Shown piece after piece: positions 43,972-51,007 of a DNA stretch of 51,007 nucleotides. A program made the position numbers and the translations under genes. Numbering within the stretch: position 1 is the stretch's first letter; each line of letters begins with the position of its first letter. The notes beneath the pieces are model-generated. The model was not told the origin of the DNA. It did no database searches and saw nothing but the letters and a program-made list of their open reading frames with translations. This stretch comes from Actinomycetales bacterium (GTDB taxonomy: Bacteria; Actinomycetota; Actinomycetes; Actinomycetales; CAVURS01), in contig JBJMHS010000052.1 of assembly GCA_045807245.1 (NCBI GenBank), forward strand, positions 1 through 51,007, written 5' to 3'.

Positions 43972-46791
43972 TCAGACGTTCGCGGCGCCGCGGCGCTGGG
44001 CACCGTGGCAACGCTTGTACTTCTTGCCCGACCCGCAGGGGCACGGTCCGTTGAGGCTCGCGTTCGGGAACGGGTTCGCCGACGAGTCCTCGTCGGTGGC
44101 CACGACATCCACCCGGCTCTCGACGGCGGCGTCGCCGTCGACCGTCGGCGCGGAGTACTGGAGACCGCCGCGCCGCTGTCCGCCGTCCAAGCCCTTGGCC
44201 CGGATGGCCGGCCGCTGGGCCGCTTCGGCCGCCGCCTGGCGCGCCTCCTCCTCGTTGGCGGCCTGGACGGCGATCGTCTCCGACTCGTCCGGCGCGCTCG
44301 TGTCGACCTCGAGGTTGAACAGGTAGCTGACCGACTCCTCCTTGATGGCCTCGGTCATCGCCTCGAACAGCAGGAAGCCCTCGCGCTGGTACTCGACCAG
44401 CGGGTCGCGCTGGGCCATGGCCCGCAGGCCGATGCCCTCCTGCAGGTAGTCCATCTCGTAGAGGTGCTCGCGCCACTTGCGGTCCAGCACGGACAGGACG
44501 ACCCGTCGTTCCAGCTCGCGGGTGACCTCCTCGCCGAGCGACTCCTCGCGGGCGTCGTACGCCACCTGGACGTCGGAGCGCAGCTCGGTGAGCAGCATGT
44601 CCTGGGTGACGCCGGACCGGCCGCCGGCCTCCTCCTCGACCTCGGCGACCGTGATGCCGACCGGGTAGAGCAGCTTGAGCGCGGTCCACAGCTGGTCGAG
44701 GTCCCAGTCGTCCGCGAACCCGTCGCTCGTGGCTGCGGTCACGTAGCCGGTGACCACGTCGTCCAGGAAGTGCCGGATCTGCTCGTGCAGGTCGGCGCCG
44801 TGCAGCACCTGGCGGCGCTCGGCGTAGATGACCTCGCGCTGGCGGTTCAGGACGTCGTCGTACTTCAGGACGTTCTTGCGGATCTCGAAGTTCTGGGCCT
44901 CGACCTGGCCCTGGGCGGACTGGATCGACCTGGTCACGATCTTCGACTCCAGCGGCACGTCGTCGCCGATGCCCGCCGTCGACATGAACCGGTCGACCAT
45001 GCCGGCGTTGAACAGCCGCATGAGGTCGTCCTGCATGGACAGGTAGAAGCGGCTCTCCCCCGGGTCGCCCTGGCGGCCGGAACGTCCGCGCAGCTGGTTG
45101 TCAATGCGCCGCGACTCGTGCCGCTCGGTGCCGAGGACATACAGACCGCCGAGCTCGACGACCTCATCGTGCTCTGCCGCAACGGCTTTCGTCGCCTGCT
45201 CCAAGACATCGGGCCAGGTGGACTCGAAGTCCTCCGGTGCCTCGGTGGGGTCCAGGCCGCGTGAGTGCATCTCGGCCACGGCGTTGAACTCGGCGTTGCC
45301 GCCCAGCATGATGTCCGTCCCGCGGCCGGCCATGTTGGTCGCGACCGTGACGGCGCCCTTGCGCCCGGCCTGAGCCACGATCTCGGCCTCGCGCGCGTGC
45401 TCCTTGGCGTTGAGCACGTTGGGCCGGACGCCGCGCTTCTTCAGCAGCGAGGCGAGAAGCTCGCTCTTCTCGACGCTCGTCGTACCGACCAGGATCGGCT
45501 GGCCCGCGTCGTGCCGCTCGACGATGTCCTCCACCACCGCGTTGAACTTGGCGTCCTCGGTCCGGTAGACCAGGTCGGGCTGGTCAGCGCGGATCATCGG
45601 CTGGTTGGTCGGGATCGGCACGACGCCGAGCTTGTAGATCTGGTGGAACTCCGCGGCCTCGGTCATGGCCGTACCGGTCATCCCGGAGAGCTTCTCGTAC
45701 ATCCGGAAGTAGTTCTGCAGGGTGATGGTGGCCAGGGTCTGGTTCTCGTTCTGGATCTCCACCCCCTCCTTGGCCTCGATCGCCTGGTGCATGCCCTCGT
45801 TGTAGCGGCGACCCGAGAGCAGGCGACCGGTGTGCTCGTCGACGATGAGCACCTCGCCGTTCATGACGACGTAGTCCTTGTCGCGCTTGAAGAGCTCCTT
45901 GGCGCGTACCGCGTTGTTCAGGAACCCGACCAGAGGCGTGTTGACCGACTCGTAGAGGTTGTCGATGCCGAGGTAGTCCTCGACCCGCTCGATGCCGGCC
46001 TCCAGAACGCCGACCGTCCGCTTCTTCTCGTCCACCTCGTAGTCGCGGTCACGCTGCAGCCGCTGGGCGACCTTCGCGAACTCGACGTACCACTTGGTCG
46101 CGAGGTCGGCCGGGCCGCTGATGATGAGCGGCGTCCGGGCCTCGTCCACGAGGATCGAGTCGACCTCGTCGACGATCGCGAAGTTGTGACCGCGCTGCAC
46201 CAGCTCCTCGGCGCTCCAGGCCATGTTGTCGCGCAGGTAGTCGAACCCGAACTCGTTGTTCGTGCCGTAGGTGATGTCCATGCCGTACTGGACGCGTCGC
46301 TCGGCGGGCGTCATCGACGCGAGGATCACACCGGTCGACAGGCCCAGGAAGCGGTGCACTCGGCCCATCAGCTCGGACTGGTACTCGGCCAGGTAGTCGT
46401 TGACGGTGATGACGTGCACGCCCTTGCCGGTGAGCGCGTTGAGGTAGCTCGGCATGGTCGCGACGAGCGTCTTGCCCTCGCCGGTCTTCATCTCGGCGAT
46501 GTTGCCCATGTGCAACGCGGCGCCACCCATGACCTGGACGTCGAAGTGGCGCTGCCCGAGCGTCCTGGTCGCCGCCTCGCGGACCGCCGCGAACGCCTCC
46601 GGCAGCAGGTCGTCCAGGCTCTCGCCGTCGGCGAACCGCGACGTGAACCGGTCGGTCTCCTCGCGCAGCTCGGCGTCGGAGAGCCGCTCGAAGTCCTCGG
46701 CCAGGGCGTTGACCTGGTCAGTCAGGCCGGAGAGCCTCTTGATGATGCGGCCTTCACCGGCCCGCAACAGCCGCTCGACGACTTTCGGCAC
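43972..46791 (-). CDS. secA: Preprotein translocase ATPase SecA
   Basis: [39 protein letters not shown]-terminal [13 protein letters not shown]. Confidence 0.99.
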   Translation of the reverse strand: MPKVVERLLRAGEGRIIKRLSGLTDQVNALAEDFERLSDAELREETDRFTSRFADGESLDDLLPEAFAAVREAATRTLGQRHFDVQVMGGAALHMGNIAEMKTGEGKTLVATMPSYLNALTGKGVHVITVNDYLAEYQSELMGRVHRFLGLSTGVILASMTPAERRVQYGMDITYGTNNEFGFDYLRDNMAWSAEELVQRGHNFAIVDEVDSILVDEARTPLIISGPADLATKWYVEFAKVAQRLQRDRDYEVDEKKRTVGVLEAGIERVEDYLGIDNLYESVNTPLVGFLNNAVRAKELFKRDKDYVVMNGEVLIVDEHTGRLLSGRRYNEGMHQAIEAKEGVEIQNENQTLATITLQNYFRMYEKLSGMTGTAMTEAAEFHQIYKLGVVPIPTNQPMIRADQPDLVYRTEDAKFNAVVEDIVERHDAGQPILVGTTSVEKSELLASLLKKRGVRPNVLNAKEHAREAEIVAQAGRKGAVTVATNMAGRGTDIMLGGNAEFNAVAEMHSRGLDPTEAPEDFESTWPDVLEQATKAVAAEHDEVVELGGLYVLGTERHESRRIDNQLRGRSGRQGDPGESRFYLSMQDDLMRLFNAGMVDRFMSTAGIGDDVPLESKIVTRSIQSAQGQVEAQNFEIRKNVLKYDDVLNRQREVIYAERRQVLHGADLHEQIRHFLDDVVTGYVTAATSDGFADDWDLDQLWTALKLLYPVGITVAEVEEEAGGRSGVTQDMLLTELRSDVQVAYDAREESLGEEVTRELERRVVLSVLDRKWREHLYEMDYLQEGIGLRAMAQRDPLVEYQREGFLLFEAMTEAIKEESVSYLFNLEVDTSAPDESETIAVQAANEEEARQAAAEAAQRPAIRAKGLDGGQRRGGLQYSAPTVDGDAAVESRVDVVATDEDSSANPFPNASLNGPCPCGSGKKYKRCHGAQRRGAANV

Positions 46792-46898
46792 GCAAGCACT
46801 CCCCAGCTCTGTCCAGCTCAGATCCGTAAGCTCGCCGGGCTGTTGCCGGCCCAGCCATGGTACGCAGGCCGGGCGGTGCGCCCTCGTACGCTGCACGG

Positions 46899-47531
46899 AT
46901 GCCCGATCAGGCACCTGCCGGACCAACGTCGCGGCCGCTGGCCCCGTTCCCGCCATTTCCCGCCGAGGGGCTCTCTGACGGCGTCGTACGGGTTCGCTGC
47001 TGGGAGCCGGAGCGCGACGCCCCCGCTCGGCGGCGCCTGACGCACGATCCCGAACACGACCGCTGGGGCCTGCCCTTCTTCGTCCCCCGAGCGGTCGACC
47101 AGGCCGCCGAGCGCGACCGGCTCGAGCACGACCGGGCCCGCTCCATGGCCGGCGAGCCGTCGTCGTACGCGGTCGTGTCGGTCATGACCGGCGAGCTGCT
47201 CGGCGATGTCGCCTGTCGGCTGGACATCCCGCCGCTGGGGGTGGCCGATGTGGGCTACGGGACGTTGCCCGAGGCACGTGGACGAGGCGTGGCGTCTGCA
47301 GCGCTGAGCCTGCTGACGGCGTGGCTCATGGACCCCGTCGCGGGCTGTGGGCTGCACCGGGTGCAGCTGGACCACGCGTTGGCGAACGAGGCGTCCTGCC
47401 GCGTCGCCCTGCGGGCCGGCTTCGCGCGCGAGGGGGTACGCCGGGGTTATCTGCCCGTGGTCGACCCGCAGGACGCGGCCGGCTGGTCGCGCGCGGACGT
47501 GTGCCTGCACGGCCGGGTGGCCACAGACTGA
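46899..47531 (+). CDS. GNAT acetyltransferase (RimJ/RimL-like)
   Basis: [23 protein letters not shown]. Confidence 0.85.
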   Translation: MPDQAPAGPTSRPLAPFPPFPAEGLSDGVVRVRCWEPERDAPARRRLTHDPEHDRWGLPFFVPRAVDQAAERDRLEHDRARSMAGEPSSYAVVSVMTGELLGDVACRLDIPPLGVADVGYGTLPEARGRGVASAALSLLTAWLMDPVAGCGLHRVQLDHALANEASCRVALRAGFAREGVRRGYLPVVDPQDAAGWSRADVCLHGRVATD

Positions 47532-47535
47532 GACC

Positions 47536-47823
47536 TCAGGCGACGAGGTCGGCGTACTCCGGGTGCCGTTGGACGTACGCGGTCATGAACGGGCAGACCA
47601 GCACCATCGCCAGCCCGCGCCGCCGGACGTCGTCCAGCGCGGCTTTGGCCAGCGCGGACCCGACGCCCCTGCCCTCGTACGACGGGTCCACCTCGGTGTG
47701 CGTGAAGACGATCCGCTCGCCGCGCAACCGGTACGCCGCGAAGCCGGCCACGACGCCGTCCACCCGCGCGAGGTAGCGCGACTGCTCCGGGGCGTCGACG
47801 ACGTCGACCGCAGGCTCGCTCAT
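47536..47823 (-). CDS. Small GNAT (YjdJ / Acetyltransf_CG family)
   Basis: FTHTEVDPSYEGRGVGS, CPF...Y..RHPEY. Confidence 0.88.
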   Translation of the reverse strand: MSEPAVDVVDAPEQSRYLARVDGVVAGFAAYRLRGERIVFTHTEVDPSYEGRGVGSALAKAALDDVRRRGLAMVLVCPFMTAYVQRHPEYADLVA

Positions 47824-47889
47824 GACGGCCACTGTAAGCGGGCGCCAACCGGTTTGCGGACGTGGGCGGGCCTCGGCCAAGGTCGACGG

Positions 47890-49047
47890 ATGACGACGCT
47901 GCCGACGAGTGCGCCGACGATGACCGACGGGGTCGTGACGTTGCGCCCGCACCACCCGGACGACGTCGAGGAGATCCTGGTCCAGGGCACGGACCCGGTG
48001 ATGCAGCAGTGGACCACGGTGCCCGTCCCCTACGAACGCGAGAACGCCGTCGGGTTCGCGACCGAGATGATGCCGAAGGGCTGGCTGGAGCCGGCCGGCT
48101 CCAAGGGCTTCGCGATCGAGGCGCGCGACGGCGGCCGGCCGCGGTTCGCCGGCACGGTGGACTTCCGGCCGGACCTGGCCGGAGCGGCCGAGGTCGGCTT
48201 CGGCCTCGCGCCGTGGGCCCGCGGCCGGGGCGTGATGACCCGGGCCTTGCGCCTGGGCCTGACCTGGGCGTTCGACGCGATGGAGCTCGAGGTCGCGCAC
48301 TGGCGGGCCAACGTCGGCAACTGGGCCTCGCGCCGGGTGGCGTGGGCCTGCGGGTTCCGCTTCGAGGGCACGGTCCGCGCCCTGTTGCCGCAGCGGGGCG
48401 CGCGGTACGACGGGTGGGTCGCCTCGCTGCTGCGCGGTGAGCCCATGACGCCGGGCACCCCGTGGTTCCAGGCTCCGGTGCTGTACGGCGACCGCGTCGT
48501 GCTGCGTCCCTATCGGGACGAGGACGTCGGCCGGCTGGCCGAGACGCTCGGCGATCCGATGGCGCAGCGGTTCCTGCCCGGCGTGGCGGCGCCCTTTGGG
48601 CCGGTGCAGGCCGCGTCCTGGCTGCTCGGGCAGCGCACCGCGATGTCGGAGGGCAAGGCCGTGTCCTGGTGTGTCGCCGACCCGGCCGGCGACCGGCTGG
48701 TCGGCTGTGTGGACCTGTTCGACCTCGCCCTGCCCGGGAACCGTGCGGCTCTCGGCTACGCGGTACACCCGGCCGCGCGCGGTCGCGGCCTCGCCGAGCA
48801 GATGGTCCGGCTGGCCGTGCGGCACGCCGTCGTGCCGGTCGAGGAGGGTGGGTTGGGCCGGTCCCGCGTCTGGGCGCGGGTCGCCGCCGCCAACGCGCCG
48901 TCCCGCCGGGTCGCGGAACGGGCCGGGTTCCGCCAGGTGGGCGTGCTGCGCGCCGTGGACCCGCAGCCGGACGGCACGGCGGACGACCTGGTCTGCTACG
49001 ACCTGCTGGCCGACGAGGCCGAGGCCGTCGAGGTCGTCACGCGCTGA
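47890..49047 (+). CDS. Tandem-domain GNAT acetyltransferase (RimJ/RimL-like x2)
   Basis: Two ARGRG...N.(A/P)SRRVA...GF repeats. Confidence 0.88.
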   Translation: MTTLPTSAPTMTDGVVTLRPHHPDDVEEILVQGTDPVMQQWTTVPVPYERENAVGFATEMMPKGWLEPAGSKGFAIEARDGGRPRFAGTVDFRPDLAGAAEVGFGLAPWARGRGVMTRALRLGLTWAFDAMELEVAHWRANVGNWASRRVAWACGFRFEGTVRALLPQRGARYDGWVASLLRGEPMTPGTPWFQAPVLYGDRVVLRPYRDEDVGRLAETLGDPMAQRFLPGVAAPFGPVQAASWLLGQRTAMSEGKAVSWCVADPAGDRLVGCVDLFDLALPGNRAALGYAVHPAARGRGLAEQMVRLAVRHAVVPVEEGGLGRSRVWARVAAANAPSRRVAERAGFRQVGVLRAVDPQPDGTADDLVCYDLLADEAEAVEVVTR

Positions 49048-50281
49048 GCCGCTCGGCCAGGCGGCCCGCGAGCGCGGGACCGAGGTCACCACGACCGGTC
49101 ACGACCACGTGCTCGAGCTCGAGCCATCCAGCCAGGTCGTGCAGCTCGTGCAGCAGCTCTGCGGACGTCTCCTCAGGGGCGTCGGGCTGCGCGTGGGCGG
49201 CTTGGACCAGCAGGGCCCCCTCACCGCCGTGGGCCGCCCGGTCGGCCTTGAGATCCACCCGGGCGACCAGCCGGTCGCCGAGCAGAAAGGGCAGCACGTA
49301 GTACCCGTGGACCCGCAGCTGAGCCGGCACGTAGATCTCGAGCCGGAAGTCCATGCCGAACAGATGTGACGTCCGATCCCGTTGCCAGACAAGGGAGTCG
49401 AACGGACTGAGCAACGCGCGGGCCGTCACCTTGCGGGGCAGCCGGGCATCCTTGTGCAGGTACGCCGCACGCCGCCAGCCCGTAACGGTGACCGGCAGCA
49501 GGGTGCCCTCGTCGACCAGCTGGGCGATCGCCGTACGCGATGTCTCGGGTGAGAGCCGGAAGTAGTCACGCAGGTCCTGCTCGGTGCCGATGCCGTGGGC
49601 CCGGGCCGCGATGGCGACCAGCTCGCGGAAGGCCTCCTCGTCGCTCAGCCGCGGGGCCTCGACGACCGTGCGGGGCAAGACGCGCTCCGGCACGGCGTAC
49701 CGGCGCTCGAACTGCGTGGTCCGGCCGGCCGAGGTGACCTGCCCGGTCCAGAACAGGTGCTCGAGCGCCTGCTTGACCACGCTCCAGTTCCAGCCCCAGT
49801 CGGTCTTGGCTCGCGGTCGGTCGTGGGACAGCCGGGTCTCGACGCCGCGTGCGGTCAGCGGGCCGTGGGCCGCGACCTCCTCCAGCACGGCCGCCACGAC
49901 GTCGGGATGGTCGCGCTGCACGCTCTTCATGCCGCCCCAGGCGTCCTCCGACCAGCGTTCCATGCGCCAGCGCAGCAGCGGGATGGTGGATGGCGGGATC
50001 AGGCTCGCCTCGTGGGCCCAGTACTCGACCAGTCGGCGGGGCGCGCGGTCCCGCGCACGGTCGAGCAGCCCGGCGTCGTACGGCCCGAGCCGGGAGTAGA
50101 GCGGGAGGTAGTGGCTGCGAGTCAGCACGTTGACGCTGTCCACCTGGATGACGCCGACGCGGTCCACGACCCGCTGAAGATGTCGCATGGTGGGCTCGCC
50201 GGTGGGCCGCGGGTCGGTGAAACCCTGTGCGGCCAGGGCGATCCGGCGGGCCTGCGCAACCGTGAACGTGTCGCGGGGCAC
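49037..50281 (-). CDS. HTH_42 DNA glycosylase, YcaQ-like (interstrand crosslink repair)
   Basis: [18 protein letters not shown] (QxD), [22 protein letters not shown]. Start uncertain (50281 or 50311). Confidence 0.88.
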   Translation of the reverse strand: MPRDTFTVAQARRIALAAQGFTDPRPTGEPTMRHLQRVVDRVGVIQVDSVNVLTRSHYLPLYSRLGPYDAGLLDRARDRAPRRLVEYWAHEASLIPPSTIPLLRWRMERWSEDAWGGMKSVQRDHPDVVAAVLEEVAAHGPLTARGVETRLSHDRPRAKTDWGWNWSVVKQALEHLFWTGQVTSAGRTTQFERRYAVPERVLPRTVVEAPRLSDEEAFRELVAIAARAHGIGTEQDLRDYFRLSPETSRTAIAQLVDEGTLLPVTVTGWRRAAYLHKDARLPRKVTARALLSPFDSLVWQRDRTSHLFGMDFRLEIYVPAQLRVHGYYVLPFLLGDRLVARVDLKADRAAHGGEGALLVQAAHAQPDAPEETSAELLHELHDLAGWLELEHVVVTGRGDLGPALAGRLAERLSA

Positions 50282-50291
50282 GCGCCGGGCG

Positions 50292-50828
50292 CTAGTCGCC
50301 GGTGACGCCATCGATCCGCTCGCGGAGCAGGTCGGCGTGGCCGTTGTGCCGCGCGTACTCCTCGATCATGTGCAGGTAGATCCAGCGCAGGTCCAGCGTG
50401 GGGCGGTTCGGCCGCACGAACTGCTGGTCCAGGGGCAGCTCCGCGGCGGCGGCCCGGGCCAGCTCGACCTCCGACCGGTACGTCGCGAAGTCGGCCTCCG
50501 CGTCCGCCGTGTCGACGTCGTCGAAGTCGCCGTCCTCGTTGTCGTCCGAGCAGTAGAGGTACCCGAGGTCCTGCCCGGCCAGACGGCGACGGAACCACGA
50601 CCGCTCGACCTCGGCCATGTGCCGGACCAGCCCGAGCAATGACAGGCTGGACGGCGGGACCGCGCGCTCGCGCAGCTGCTCGACCGTCAGGCCGGCGCAC
50701 TTCATCAGCAGGGTGTCGCGGTGGTAGTCCAGCCAGCCCTCCAGCCCGGCTCGCTCGTCGAGGATCTCGGGCTCGGGCCGGCGCTGTACGGCGGGCGCGG
50801 TCCAGCCAGCGCCCTCGGTGGTCGTCAC
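50292..50828 (-). CDS. DinB/DUF664 family protein
   Basis: [44 protein letters not shown]. Confidence 0.9.
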   Translation of the reverse strand: MTTTEGAGWTAPAVQRRPEPEILDERAGLEGWLDYHRDTLLMKCAGLTVEQLRERAVPPSSLSLLGLVRHMAEVERSWFRRRLAGQDLGYLYCSDDNEDGDFDDVDTADAEADFATYRSEVELARAAAAELPLDQQFVRPNRPTLDLRWIYLHMIEEYARHNGHADLLRERIDGVTGD

Positions 50829-50885
50829 CCGAGCGACTCTAGAACGGCCGTACGACAGGCACCGCGTCACCTGCAGCCGGTGCGA

Positions 50886-51007
50886 TCAGGAGATGTCGAG
50901 GATCTTCTCGCGCACCGCGTAGACGACGGCCTCCATCCGGGAGTGCAGCTGCAGCTTCTCCAGGATGTTGCGGACGTGGTTCTTGACCGTGTTCTCGGAG
51001 ATGAACA
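50886..51007 (-). CDS. C-terminal LuxR HTH of a NarL-type response regulator (truncated by the window edge)
   Basis: FISENTVKNHVRNILEKLQLHSRMEAVVYAVREKILDIS*. Confidence 0.88.
   Translation of the reverse strand, partial: FISENTVKNHVRNILEKLQLHSRMEAVVYAVREKILDIS

Overview
High-GC (~70%) actinobacterial chromosome segment, mostly conserved core. Left to right it holds ssrA (tmRNA), a DUF2207 gene, smpB, an M23 peptidase, ftsXE and prfB. Then come a Tad/Flp pilus operon back-to-back with a three-ATPase EccC/FtsK-like gene, a Fluc pair, whiB1, pdtaS, the large NAD-glutamate dehydrogenase, kynA and a WXG100-like gene pair. The right part has pruA, a WS/DGAT-patatin operon, a CpaE/CpaB-HTH-LysM-Rv3235 module, secA and several GNAT/DinB/YcaQ genes. 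The main points of interest are: (1) a small lower-GC islet at 7995-9296, where an orphan controller(C)-protein-like XRE regulator and two 30-bp palindromic C-box-like operators face a secreted 8-Cys protein coupled to an unannotated 40-aa transmembrane peptide; (2) a dispersed Tad-pilus plus minimal type-VII-like set, with DnaA-box-like motifs in its promoter regions; (3) an unannotated 64-aa [DE]RR-repeat protein. All family calls come from motif recognition by eye; no database searches were run.
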